Part shown: piece after piece, positions 38,951-51,372 of the stretch
Layout of the letters: each line of letters starts with the position of its first letter
How positions within the stretch are numbered: the stretch's first letter is position 1
Assembly (NCBI GenBank): GCA_037379345.1
Contig: CM074517.1
Span: 31,496,001-31,560,000 of the forward strand
Source: Perna viridis
Taxonomy: Eukaryota
Direction: 5' to 3'
Length of the DNA stretch: 64,000 nt
Made by a program: the position numbers and the translations under genes
The notes under the pieces: model-generated
Told to the model about the DNA's origin: nothing
Database searches by the model: none
The model's input: only the letters and a program-made list of their open reading frames with translations

Positions 38951-40917
38951 GTAAATTGCCTCCATTTTTCATGAAATGTTCACAACTTGCATGTGATAAT
39001 TTGGTGCTATTATTCAATCGTAGCTGGTGTATACAAGACGGATTGTAATTTTTGTGTTAGATGACTTAATTTGATCATTTCTTAATGAGCGGAGAAACTA
39101 TGAAGTTTTTTAAGGATGGATCTGTTTTTTTTTAATTAGTGTGCTATTATATTACTACATGTAGTATATATAGCTTAATATCAGAAATGGGTATATCTAC
39201 AAATAATTTAGATAGCGTGTATTATGTTTCAGTTGTGTATATTTGTGGTATGTGACACTATAAAAATTAATTCTGATAGTTTTTTGAAGATGCTCATTTA
39301 CTTGAAGTTAGACCTTTTTTTGTGTATTGCTACATGTTACCGCCAATGTCTTCGAGCTCTCGATTTCAAGTAATGCATGGACAATAATTTCCATTTAACC
39401 GCGATTACCATTGCTTACACTTTTAGTTCATCCTCTTGGCTTTGTATTGCATGAAGCAATTAATTGCAATACACACATGGATGAGAGATGCTGCTTATCA
39501 CAAAATCAATCAATCCAATCAGTCTCCAGACATTTCGCAGATTTTTCTTTTGTTTTGGGGTCTTCCGCTAATTTTGAGTATAAAAGAAACGACCTAACCG
39601 GAACGAATTAAATATTCTGGTCCAAAACACCTGAAGTTCTCCCAAGCACCTGGGTAGCACAATGGTATCTTCAAACGACTATTTGTTGATCATTACCACA
39701 AATTTTAAAACGACAATATCATTAACAGGGATTGATAAATCTACCATTCTCTAGTGTAGGGAAGAAATTTATACAAATTAGCAAATATTTGTCCCTCCGA
39801 GTGTGAAAATACGTGAAGACAAACATCTTTTATTGCCAAGATGACGGAAACCTATACAAAAATTTGCAACCTTTTCTACCCAATCGCTCTGTCTATTGCC
39901 ATTTTGAGAAGGTTGTTTGTAAAAAGTAATCCTTTGATGTTCCCAAAGAATTTAAATCTATTAATACTGATTCACTCGTTAATCTTTCTGTTCCAGTTTA
40001 TATATTTCAAAACATCCACTTATTACAAAGACCAGCATCTATTTATTTTAAAGTTTGGATCACGTTTTGGGCCCTTGCCGGTTGTATTTTGTTTAATGGG
40101 TCACCCAAACATCGGACCCTCACAGGTGCGAAATCTCAATATTTGTATCAAATTAAATTTCCGATAAAACACACATACATAATTATTTGAAATTCTTTCC
40201 TGTACCAGATATCGCGTTGTGACACCGCAATGTGTTCCCCTCTCTATCATGGAGATAAAACTCCTCAAATCATTAATACTGTATGAAAGTCAAAAAGTGT
40301 CTAGATTTCGTTCACGAGTTTTTAATATCTACAGGTATCAGCTACACCACTCAGTAGGAATTATGACTGAAAACCTAATATAAAAAGGTGTAATGTCAAT
40401 TGGTACTGCACGAAGGAACTAACGTGCTGAAAATCTATGGTCTGAAATATTTTATAATCAGAAACCCTAGAGCACGATATGTCAAGTCTCAGAACACTTA
40501 TACACCGAGATGAATGTGCTTGTTTTTTATGGACTTTGAGACAATGTGTGCCTAAATTTGTCCAAGATTTAGTGTATGATTGTTTGTGTTATATCCTAAT
40601 CATTCACTATTTTCAAATAATTTCTAATGTTGAAAAAAAACAAAAAAAACAAAAAAAAAAAAACATTTTAATTACGAATTCATCTGCATGCTTGATTCTT
40701 GGCTGTAGATTTGTGACATGTCTCAAAATGCCATGCAGCATTTGATTGTGGAACTTTGTGGTTTAGACTTTCACCTTTCTACTTTAAGCAACAGCACACA
40801 CATTTTGAATTGTAAAAAGACATATTTTAATTTAACACATAAATTGTTATTTCGCAAAATTCATTGTGAAAGAACTATAATTTGCAGAATTGGATATTTG
40901 TGGTAGACTTATACACA

Positions 40918-41025
40918 GGAAAAAAACTAGAAAAAATCCTGATAAGATACAAGCAGAAGAATACAAAGGAAAATAAAACTAGAAAAGATCCAGATAAGAT
41001 ACAAGCAGAAGAAAATACAAAATGA
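40918..41025. repeat. ~52-bp tandem duplication
   Basis: AAAACTAGAAAA.ATCC.GATAAGATACAAGCAGAAGAA present twice. Confidence 0.8.
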
Positions 41026-42880
41026 AAAATATGTGTATTGCGGAAGCAAGTCCAAGGATTAAAAGATCATTGATGTCATACAGAAACAAGACACTAATAC
41101 AGAAAATCTAAAATTTAATCCTAAAGAAAGATATCAAATTACTAATACAAATGAAGGGATTAAAAAGTGAATAAGTTAATAATATGTTGATCTGAAATTG
41201 ATGTCTGATTTAACTGTTAATTTTATAGAAACAAGTAATTTGGTATTGTTTTAACGGAATGCACATAATTACAACGTCTGACAAGTTAATCCATATGTAC
41301 AAATGCTGAAGGCAAAATAGAACATGACAGTTGTGGCGGAAGGGGGATAACTCTAAAACAAAAAAGTGTCTTTGCATTACAAGAAATGTACAATTGCACA
41401 TGTTCTCTTTTATTATTGCATGCACATTAAACATGGTAAGGATAAGCCTATTCGATATTCATATACATATGTTAATGTTTAGTTTTGGTCCTCCATTTTA
41501 ATTTTATAAAAACGAAATATTTTTAAATTTACTGTTTTCTCTTTTATTCAGTAGACAAAATAAATAAACACATGCATGTATACTACATATTGATATAAGA
41601 TTAAAAAAAAAAAATAACAGCAACATTTTAGTTACATCACAATACACATATACTACAAAAGCTGTCATTATGAAAAAAATAAAAATAACAAATACAAAAC
41701 CTGAGCTTGGCAGGATGCTGTATTTAAACCCTGAATACTATGAACAGTTAAGAATATTTACTTTTGTCTGAATTGTAGACTATATTTTAACAAGTAGTAG
41801 TCATTATAAAAATCAGCCAGGAGAGGATTCACACTTGTCAAAAACTCACCTCCAATGTAATCTAATTCAGAAACAGTCACAAAACACATAAGTTGATAAC
41901 CAGTCATAGTTTGTCATTCTGTTGTAGCACTTTTGAGATAAAACATGTATAGAATGTGTATGAAATTGGCACCTTCCATGAGTTATTGTTCTTGAATTTG
42001 ATTGATTTGGTTGATTTAAGTGAGAGATGAATGCCCGCATGAATGTATGGTTAAAGCTTTTCTTAAAAAATACAGACCTGTATACAAATAGAACATCATT
42101 ATATAAAAATGTAGCTCATAAAAAAGGCATTGTGTGTTAGGTGTTTTTCCAATGCAGTCGATATTGAGTTTGCTTTGACATCACATGACATCCATGATGC
42201 TTAACCATGGCAACCTAACCGATGTAGCTTACAACCGTGCATTTCATTGGACAACTGAGATAGTAACTGTGAAATTTAAGACTACATTGGGGGCATTGGT
42301 GTCCGGAATATTTTCTATCACTTCTCTGTATTGAAATTGGAAATAGTTTTTTTGTTGGACCAATAAAATAACTGAAATATAAAACATAATAAAAAAAACA
42401 AAATTCGAATTTAAAATGATCACACAGTTCACCAAATACAATCTTAATCAGATTTGGGTATTAACAAAGCAAACAATATGTGTTGGCTAACTTTTTTTAA
42501 CTTTACTATAGGTATCTGAATTTCATACAGAATGGTACTTAAAAACACCTTAACTTTATATTATAATACTCATATAATGGAATGAAAGATTTGGATTTGA
42601 TTTATGACACCACTGCAGAAGCCTATTGGTTTTTTTGATATTTTTGATTATTTTCTGATATTTTAATATACTGTAATACATGTACAGCAGTTAAAAGTAC
42701 AAATAAATTAAGATATGAAGATCTCATTTCATAACTGAACTATACACTTAATATTCCAAATTTCCCAATTTAAAAAATAGTGGCACATACATAACGCAAA
42801 AGAGGAAGGGTTAGTTCTAAAAGTTGCTTATAAAATCATCATCACTGGTATGTTATATATTGCAGCATGTCTTTAAATCT

Positions 42881-43804
42881 TCAACTCATCAACCTCATGA
42901 CCGCTATCATAATTGCCGCACAAGACACAACAGTTCCAAGACAAGTTCTTATAACATCATTTCTATATTGTTCATAGATAGTTTTCAAGTTTGCAACATC
43001 AGTGTCAATTTTATTTCTTATCATCTGTAATTGTTTCTCATTATTTGCATGAGCTTCAGTAGCTCGACTTCTTTCTAAGTTCACATCAAGTTTAACATGT
43101 CCTTGAAGCTTCGAAATTTCATCACTAATGTAAGTCTTAATTTGCTTGATTTCAGCAGTTTGCTTTTCATTTTCATTTCTCAACATTGTGAATTCGCTCT
43201 TTTCAAGAATGACCATGTCCTTCTTCACAGTTGCTATTTGTGCCAATAATTGTTGCACCATTATTTCTTGCTCTGGCTTTGTCACCATATTTTTTGTTTG
43301 ATGTTCAATTGAAGTGTTCAGGACTTCAACAAATGCTTCGACCATGCACACAGCTTGTTCTCGTGTAAGTCCAGCATCATTAAACTTATTGGCAAGGGTC
43401 AGTGTATCGAAGTAAAACATTTTGACTTCTTTTGTTGCGGCTGGGTTAATGGATCTCCATGCTTCATCAGATTTTATTTTTTCAGTGTTAGGCGGCATAA
43501 TTACAATGTCAATGGGCTTTTCAGTGACTGGTGCATTTTTTGTTTTTGAAGATGTCGCTGGTGTTGTAATTGGACTCTTAGATAAAGTCAAATTTTCACT
43601 TACTTTACTATCTAAAATCCCAGACGATTCATGACAATATAGTCTTTTTAAAGTTCTGAAAGTACTTTGAAGTGCACCAATGTCATAATCATAGGAAGTC
43701 TGATGCAACCGATTGTGAAGAGAACGTTTTGTCCCCTTACCTAAAAACTGCCTTGTTAGATTACACGTTTTTGTCACAAGTTGATATGGTGTAATTCCAT
43801 TCAT
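42881..43804 (-). CDS. MCUR1: MCUR1/CCDC90-family mitochondrial coiled-coil protein (DUF1640), 307 aa
   Basis: FYFDTLTL..F..AGLTREQA, KKDMVILEKSEF..LRNENEK, KLDVNLERSR and KIDTDVANLKT motifs, plus a C-terminal TM helix and a basic transit-peptide-like N-terminus. First ATG at 43804; acceptor TTTCAG at 43908 suggests a 5'UTR intron. MCUR1 versus CCDC90B not resolvable. Confidence 0.92.
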   Translation of the reverse strand: MNGITPYQLVTKTCNLTRQFLGKGTKRSLHNRLHQTSYDYDIGALQSTFRTLKRLYCHESSGILDSKVSENLTLSKSPITTPATSSKTKNAPVTEKPIDIVIMPPNTEKIKSDEAWRSINPAATKEVKMFYFDTLTLANKFNDAGLTREQAVCMVEAFVEVLNTSIEHQTKNMVTKPEQEIMVQQLLAQIATVKKDMVILEKSEFTMLRNENEKQTAEIKQIKTYISDEISKLQGHVKLDVNLERSRATEAHANNEKQLQMIRNKIDTDVANLKTIYEQYRNDVIRTCLGTVVSCAAIMIAVMRLMS

Positions 43805-44007
43805 TTTATCGTTTTTTTTTAAGCCAAACGATAATCTTATACAAGCATTTGCAGTTTTGTGACAACGGTAGCAGACTGCAGACACAACACATTTACAGCT
43901 GATTGATCTGAAACTGTAGTTGAAATAAGAGGGATAGCTTGTGGTATTAAACAGGTAACCAGTTAAAAAAAACAGTATGCCATTTCGTAACTGTCCGCTG
44001 AAATCCG

Positions 44008-44410
44008 GAGTAATCAATGGAAGGGAAAACAATATTCTAGCGGAAATCAAAAGAATGTAATCCAGTGACAAAGACCAGACATGGAAACAGGCACATACAA
44101 CAAAATAACCAAGATAGTACGTACAAAGCTATAAAAGTATATGAGCAACTCGGACTCCATTAAAAACTGTGAGCGTCGACCAGGTGTACCGGTAGGGTAA
44201 GCGTCCTCTGCTTTTCTAAAAATACCAAAGTCAAGTCCGGGGTAGACGAAAGAGGAAATGAAAACTATGACACATTGAACAAATAAGTTTTCATGGTGCA
44301 GATGAATAAATACACCGTAACGATCCACGAGTTCACGATGACGACCATAAAACTTCCTAAGTGATGACTTCAATCTTGTGGCGAAATAACCCTTGTTCCA
44401 TAAGCCTAAT
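44008..44410 (-). mobile_element. Penelope-like RT C-terminus and 3' UTR remnant
   Basis: LWNKGYFATRLKSSLRKFYGRHRELVDRYGV followed by AGAAAAGCAGAGGACGCTTACCCTACCGGTACACCTGGTC. Confidence 0.8.
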
Positions 44411-45742
44411 TGTATCACAGAAAACTGTCGTAGTCAAGAGGAAATTTTCAGTAATTATATACTTTTAAGTGATGGAAACACAGCTCTTTAATCATCTGAT
44501 AGAAATTAAGAGACCTATAAATCAATCAATAACACAAAAGAAGCCCGAGTTAAATTTACTAAACAACTCGAAACCGGTAGTGTATATAAAGTCCCTGCTC
44601 GAAACTAAATGGACGGAACCACAGACACTTGCTTCATATAAAAAAATTACCCCTTCCCTTCCCTTTACGGGAATTTTATAATACTAATATTATTCTAAAT
44701 GTGGATTTTCACATGCTATTAGAAATTGACAGATAACACCTAAAACCAAAGGATTTCATTTGTCATAAGCCAAATAACCTATTCTTGGAGTTATGTGTTT
44801 TTTTTCAAATCACAATTTTGATTACATATATATATATATATATCTGTCAAAACATCTCTAGCATTACCACATTTTTTGCATCTTTAGTTAGTGTAAAGTG
44901 CTCTTCATCGTCTATTCCATTCACGGGGTTGCATTTTCGGCTGAATTATCAACATATTAATCTATGCATCAGAGGAATATTCCCTTTGCAACTGGGTCTA
45001 CATTTCCATCCATTTGTCTACCATAGGGTATGGAAAAACAATTTCTGGAAACGGACCAAGGTTTTGAACTACCAGAAGAGCACCACCGGGTCCAGACTAG
45101 GTACAACAGAGATTCAGATGGACTAATTTCATTAACATAATTAGAGACATAAATATAATGTCTCTGAAATAATTAATACTGTTCAAAACGATTCGAGTAC
45201 GGAGGCTATTATGGACCCACGAATGTAATTAAGTCGAAATTTCGACTTTTAAAATTGAAATAATTTTTGTATATCTGCCGAGGTAGAGCTATCACGTACA
45301 GTGTTAAAACAGAATGATTTGAATAAGCACAAAATACAAAATCTATTAAAATAAATCTTTCTATGTTAATTAAATTATCTATAAAGATATACACCCAGAC
45401 ATACATGTAGCTGTTAATAATTCTTCCCAAACTTTATGTTTCTGTTATAAAAAAGTAGTTTTTCTCATCAAAAAGGGATGGGAAAAGATATCCCGTTCCA
45501 AGACCCGACAAGCACAAGGGAACAACAAAACCCATCCCATACAGCAAATATTTTAAGTTGTGTATCATGGTTATAAAAAACCGAAACAAGTGTTTCTGGG
45601 CCACATTGAAAATCAAAGAATGCCACCGACCGAAGATGCTAATTCAGTACAATCTCTAAACATACAAATTATACTGAACATAATCAACAGAGTTTATATT
45701 AAGCATCAACTGTGCTTGATTCTAATATAAGGTAGCCTTTTC

Positions 45743-45890
45743 CAGTGGTGGATTCAGTTTTTTCAGGGGTAGTAACCCTCTTTTTGCTATGGAATTTTGT
45801 TTATTTCTTGCAAAATTTTGGCAAAATAGTAGCCTAGATGCCCTTCTGTTTTTTTGGAGGATACCTTTGGAATCTATGGATCCGCCCATA
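45743..45890. mobile_element. MITE with 5-bp TSD
   Basis: CAGTGGTGGATTCA...TGGATCCGCCCATA flanked by TTTTC on both sides. Confidence 0.65.
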
Positions 45891-46928
45891 TTTTCTATTT
45901 CGTCCTTCAGAACCGGATGTGGCATAGATCCATATGTTAGCCATATAAGAAAAGTGCGTTAACCAACTTGATGTACTATGAACGCACATTCAAATATGGT
46001 ATCCTTCGGATTTGTCTTCTGATCTCTATTTTTGGTTTGTTTAAATTATTTTGGGGTTTAGATTCTCCCGTATATTTGCATGTTTCTGATGGTGCTGACT
46101 GGTTACTTCGGAACACGTGTTGGCATAGTCATGTCGCAACTTGCTATATCATTATAATCGTAATAATTGACAATCTACATTTAGAGCAAATTTAAATCAA
46201 CGACATATCGATTTTTACTGTTTACTTTATGTATGTATATATTTTTCCATTACCACATTGATCGGAAATTCTTAGGTTATTTTTAAATGGAATATACCCC
46301 AGTACCTGTTGCGCATTTGTAAATAAGGCACATTTACTTCAAGGTAAGCTTTTCTTTTCGAAGAAGTGAGTGTAGACATTTTAAAAGGGGTATACAGCAA
46401 AAAAGGGACTCCAAACTATTATTTGCACAAATTGTCCATGAAATAAACAATGTTTATTCCAACCCCTGGACCCCGGAATCTACCGCTGAAGGTGGGCCCA
46501 CGGGGTATGGAATATATATGTCATACTCAAATGTAAGCTAGCAATAATAATAATAAGTTTGTTAATAATAATAAAACAATTTGCTAATAATCAAATAAAA
46601 AACAACTGGCTAATAAACAAATACAAAGACTAAATTACTATAAATCGATACATGCATGACTTTTCTGAATTCCGATTTAATAACAATGATTAAGTAAGTT
46701 TCGGATTCATTTAAAGCAAGTTCTTTCTCCGAAAAGGTTAAAAAGAACCATTGTTTTTCGAAATGCTTTTTCCTAGCTCTATTCCATTCTACTTTCTGAC
46801 TACGTGACAGGGAAAATCCTGTCAGTTTTGTGAAAGAACTTTGGTAAATTGTCTGAAATTAATCATTTCAGAACTTAATGCAGAAGACAGAACAACAAAC
46901 ATAACGCAGAGTAGCACATACAATTGTC

Positions 46929-47840
46929 ATGAGTATGCTCTCAGATACGGTTGCTGTAGATGACAATAAAATCGAAGATAGTTTCGAAGAAATAGATTTC
47001 GAAGAAATAGATAAACACAAGACAGAAAAGAACGATCTTGGCGCATGTGACAAGGAACATTCTGATAAACTTAGTTTCAAGAAAATGGTAAAATTCAATA
47101 TCACTAAGCTCTTAGAGGCGAAAGCGTGGATAAGTAGCATGGATACTCTTCCGAATGGTCGAGTTGTAATGGCAGATTTTAGTAATAATAAACTTTATAT
47201 ATACAGCCAGGATCTCGAAAAGCAAAAATCAGTGATTGTGCCTGGCAAACCATGCTGTCTCACAGTCTTAGACAATGAAAAAGTCGCAGTTACTTTGCAG
47301 GAGAAAAGTTCTGTGGCTGTCATTAATATCATGACTAGAAAAACTCTTCGATTTTTGAAAACGCCAGACAGTTGCCATGGTATCACATATTGTGATGAAA
47401 AAATTGTTGTAAATTGTCTAGAAAGTGGATTACAGTTTATGGACACATGTGGTAAAATTAAGACTACCGTTTCCGATGTGACTGGAGAGGCAAGTCTTTG
47501 TTCTTGTGGAAATGAGTATATTTACTGTTCAGTGTACTGGTCGCATAAAATATTGTGTTATAACAATCTCGCGGAGGAAATTTACAGTTTTTCGAACTTG
47601 ACAATTAAATGCCCTCGTGGCATTGCTATACATCCGTCAGGACAAGCTTTAACCACAGAGTTCGCCAAGAATAGAATTCATGCAATTAACACAGAAGGTA
47701 CGAAATCAGCTGTTGTTCTGTCAAAGAAACATGATATAACTAATCCCTTGTGCATTTTATTCAACATACACGATGACTGTCTGTATGTGGCTAATAATGA
47801 CGGCGAGTCAGTGACGATCTACAAATATAATAAAACCTAA
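46929..47840 (+). CDS. Stand-alone NHL-type six-bladed beta-propeller protein (like the TRIM-NHL C-terminus), 303 aa
   Basis: Blade motifs LPNGRVVMADFSNNKLYIY, PCCLTV, CHGIT, CPRGIAIHPSG and NPLCILFN..LYVAN, with an acidic N-terminus. Plausible 5'UTR intron 46344-46871 (AAG|GTAAGC ... TTTCAG). Confidence 0.85.
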   Translation: MSMLSDTVAVDDNKIEDSFEEIDFEEIDKHKTEKNDLGACDKEHSDKLSFKKMVKFNITKLLEAKAWISSMDTLPNGRVVMADFSNNKLYIYSQDLEKQKSVIVPGKPCCLTVLDNEKVAVTLQEKSSVAVINIMTRKTLRFLKTPDSCHGITYCDEKIVVNCLESGLQFMDTCGKIKTTVSDVTGEASLCSCGNEYIYCSVYWSHKILCYNNLAEEIYSFSNLTIKCPRGIAIHPSGQALTTEFAKNRIHAINTEGTKSAVVLSKKHDITNPLCILFNIHDDCLYVANNDGESVTIYKYNKT

Positions 47841-48361
47841 ATCTTATTTTTAAATTCATTTTTTTTAGAACCAGCTCGATTGGCATTACCGAATGTAAGT
47901 GGAGGTGGTTTGTTTGGACCTTATTTTTGTTATTCTTGTGCATATTTGAGGCAAAAATTAAACCAATAATAGTCAGGAACCTTTGTTTTTTTTGTTTTTT
48001 TTTATATAAATATTTGCATCCTCAGAAAGATCACAGGAACACCAACTATATATATCTCAAAAGTGGGCAAAAAATTTGTTGTATTATATTCTTTAATCAG
48101 GGAAGGTATGGTTTTAAATTCATTACATGTTGGTAATATCTGCACTATCAAAATAAATATGGAATTCCTAAAAAATGTACACACAACATGCAAAGTTGGA
48201 AGAAGAATCGAAAGCAACCATTGTTTAACGTTACCCACAAAATAAAATCAAAAGCCGTGAATGAATTTAATTTGTGTATACAGAGCAAATAAAAGTCAGG
48301 CACACATAGTAAAAACATATGCATATACCAGAGAAACATATTAACACAAGTCAGTAACCTA

Positions 48362-48838
48362 CGGAAGCCCATTAGTGCTAGGTGTTCACTTATTTTTATG
48401 TCGTTATAACGACTTAGTATCTCGTTTAAACGACTTATTGTCTCATTTAAACGACTTAGCATCTGGAAGACTTTCAATTTCTACATTTTTAGCTTTTTTA
48501 AAGGGCATAGTTCTCAAAATTGTAATGACAAAAGTGAAATATTTCAAATTTCAATTTGGTCTGTCTTTGGTGGTGAATAACAATATAACCAAATTTGAAA
48601 TAATTCCATTGAGATTATAAAAAAAACACGCAAGATATGTCGTTATAACGAGATACTAAGTCGTTTAAACGAGATACTATGTCGTTATAACGAAGATACT
48701 AAGTCGTTTAAACGAGTTAGCTATGTTGTAAAAACGAGATACTAAGTCGTTTTAACGAGATCCTAAGTCTAAAAACGAGATATTAAGTCGTTATAACGAC
48801 TTAAAAATAAGTGAACTCCTGGCACTAATGGGCTTCCG
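48362..48838. mobile_element. TA-TSD MITE (Tc1/mariner-like) with subterminal ~21-bp repeats
   Basis: TIR CGGAAGCCCATTAGTGC.AGG.GTTCACTTATTTTTA / TAAAAATAAGTGAACTCCTGGCACTAATGGGCTTCCG, flanked by TA; arrays of AACGAGATACTAAGTCGTTTA. Confidence 0.9.
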
Positions 48839-48840
48839 TA

Positions 48841-49417
48841 GAAGCCCATTAGTGCCAGGTGTTCACTTATTGTTATGTCGTTATAACGACTTAGCATCTC
48901 GTTTAAACGACTTAGCAAACTCGTTTTAAGTTTAAACGACTTAGTATCTGGAAGACTTTCAAGTTCTACATTTTTAGCTTTTTAAAGGGCATAATTCTCA
49001 AATGACAAAAGTGAAATATTTCAAATTTCAATTTGGTCTGTCTTTGGTGGTCAATAACAATGTATCCGAATCTGAAATAATTCCATTGAGATTATAATAA
49101 AACAAAAACAAACAAAAAAAAACAAAAAAAAAAAAAACAAAAAAACAACGCCAATTATGTCGTTATAACGAGATCTTAAGTCGTTTAAACAGGTTAGCTA
49201 TGTCGTTTAAACGAGATACAAAGTCGTTTAAACGAGATACAAAGTCGTTTAAACGAGTTAGCTATGTCGTTATAACGAAATACCAAGTCGTTTAAACGAG
49301 ATACTAAGTCGTTATAACGAAGATACTAAGTCGTTTAAACGAGATGCTGTCGTTTAAACGAGTTAGTTATGTTGTAAAAACGAGATACGAAGTCGTTTAT
49401 AAACGAGATACTAAGTC
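48841..49417. mobile_element. Second head-to-tail copy of the same MITE, right TIR missing
   Basis: Starts GAAGCCCATTAGTGCCAGG directly after the first copy; same core, longer 21-bp array. Confidence 0.85.
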
Positions 49418-50049
49418 TTATGACGTATGACGTAAAATGCCTTAACAAACCCTTTAAATATAGTTTATGATATTACGTCGTCTGTCAATTCTGTGGTAAC
49501 TTTAAACAAAAATACTGGCATTCCACATGACCAATAGACGAAGTGCTTAATGATGGACCCATTTAGAGAAGACGGATTCCATACGATAGTAGCTCGTAGA
49601 ACATCTCAATACTCAATGGTATCCAACTGAAACCTTTGCTCTTTCAACAAACGTTATCAAATAATGCTATGCTGACTTTTCGTCTTCATTGACACAAAGC
49701 TTCCGCGCTTTGATTATTGTAAAATTGCTCTTTACTTATATTTGTTCAAAACAATTTAACGCATTATTAGACATTGCGCAATTTTCATATGTTATGCACA
49801 AATGAGTTTTATTTGAAGGTTTTGTGTGTAAACAATCTTTTAATTGTTAAAGTAAGAACAATCCTATTTATAGATATTCACAATCGATATTTCAAGATGT
49901 TTAAACTTAAAAAATAAGTAATAAAAACAATTCTTCCGTATCTACAGAAAACAATTATTTAATTGTTGATGCGTGACGATCGGATACCAATCGCCGGTGT
50001 TAAATTTCCTTAAATCATTTCCTTTTTATCAGGTCTTCCTTGTTAAGAA

Positions 50050-50119
50050 ATGCGAGGTGAAGCAGTTCCATATTCTTACATACCTTGGTATTTTATAATT
50101 TGTTTTAATTTTCAACAAG
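50050..50119 (+). CDS. CTLD-mucin receptor coding exon 1 (signal-peptide-like MRGEAVPYSYIPWYFIICFNFQQ)
   Basis: ATG at 50050 and phase-1 donor G|GTCAGT; an upstream acceptor TTTTATCAG at 50032 implies a 5'UTR exon. Confidence 0.6.
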
Positions 50120-50786
50120 GTCAGTTATTACATACATTAAATAAGCTCTATTTTTTCGTTGTCATTTTTCTATATATGAATTGATTATTAACACACCAAA
50201 TTAATCGTTTAACTGTTAATTTTGTACCCAAGTGATACATATGTAACTCAGGTTAAACATTCACCCCCTGTCTATGTATGCAAGTAGTTATAACACCTTT
50301 TATATGCTTGAGATACTAGAGCAAAAACTGATTTTTTTGTTTCGACTTGTTAATTCAGCGCTATTTATGGAATAATAATTCTTTCGAAAGCATAAAAATG
50401 AGATGTTTTCTTTTTTCATTCATCACATTCATTGCAATATCATGCATGCATGGTGTATCTTAACACAAATTTACATTAAATTCAGCCTAGCAAAAATAAA
50501 TTGGATTATTTAAACAAGGTCTCAAAAACATCTGATGAACTGTTCTGTGTGTTTATGTGTGTTCATTGCTTTTTTTTCATGTAAAATTAAGTTTTTGTCC
50601 ATTTTTTATGGACAACACAAGTAATGTGCCTAGTCTGCATTTCCGTAGGTTTTGGAGAGTCCCTGATTCCGAAGTTTCCGTATCAATCGTCAACGCTCGG
50701 GTTAATCAGCAGTTACGCACAGCATTCGGTTGTACGCATTGTTTAACGAATCGTTTTCTAATTAGCACTGGGAATTATATTTACAG

Positions 50787-50954
50787 GAATCCATACATTA
50801 TCAGTTCAATATGTTAAAAACAACGTAACATGGTTTGAGATAGAAGATTTTTGTTCGGCGTTCAATGGGACTGCTTTGAAAAGAAGCGATTTGTATACGG
50901 ATGCCGTTAGAAATAACATCTATACCACTTCCTGGATAAATGGAACTGGTGAAG
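50787..50954 (+). CDS. CTLD-mucin receptor exon 2 (N-terminal half of the C-type-lectin-like domain)
   Basis: TTACAG acceptor and G|GTTGGT donor, 168 nt, phase 1-1. Encodes NVTWFEIEDFCSAFNGTAL...SWING, matching the CTLD W...C..G..L and WIG-like pattern. Confidence 0.75.
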
Positions 50955-51289
50955 GTTGGTTTGATAGTTAAGCTCTTTCTTATATCGATGTATGTAGGGA
51001 GTCACAGGGCCGGAAGCGGTATTTCATGTTAGGAGCATTAGTGGAATTTTTTTTGGTGGTATTATTTATGAAAAAAAATCAAGATTTCATGCAAAAAATT
51101 TAGTTTTTTTAATTTTAGGGGACAGACACGCCTGCCCTTGGATCTGCTCCGGTCTCCAACCGATTACCACATGAACATAGACAGAAAAGTAAAAAATAGG
51201 AAACACTAAAGCAGTCAAAACACTACGAATAACACAAATATTAAATAAAAGAATACACACGGCAACTAAAAGAAACAATAAGCAATACA

Positions 51290-51372
51290 GCCTTAACATT
51301 GGAGCCTGTTCCAGGTACACTGATAGAAGAAGCGTCCTCTGTTTTTCTTGACACGTCCGCCTACTTGCTCCA
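51290..51372 (-). mobile_element. Diverged Penelope-like 3' UTR fragment
   Basis: Reverse complement reads GAGCAA..GTGTCAAGAAAAACAGAGGACGCTT..CAGTGTACCTGGAACAGGCTCC, matching the shared 3' motif. Confidence 0.6.

Noticed and set aside
43805-44071. 89-aa N-terminal extension of the 396-aa ORF
   Set aside because: Non-ATG start inside a retroelement remnant, crossing a splice acceptor at 43908; the first ATG is at 43804.
48640-49417. CRISPR-like array (also 53570-53730 and 56586-56733)
   Set aside because: Repeats are contiguous with no unique spacers, lie within eukaryotic transposons, and there are no cas genes.
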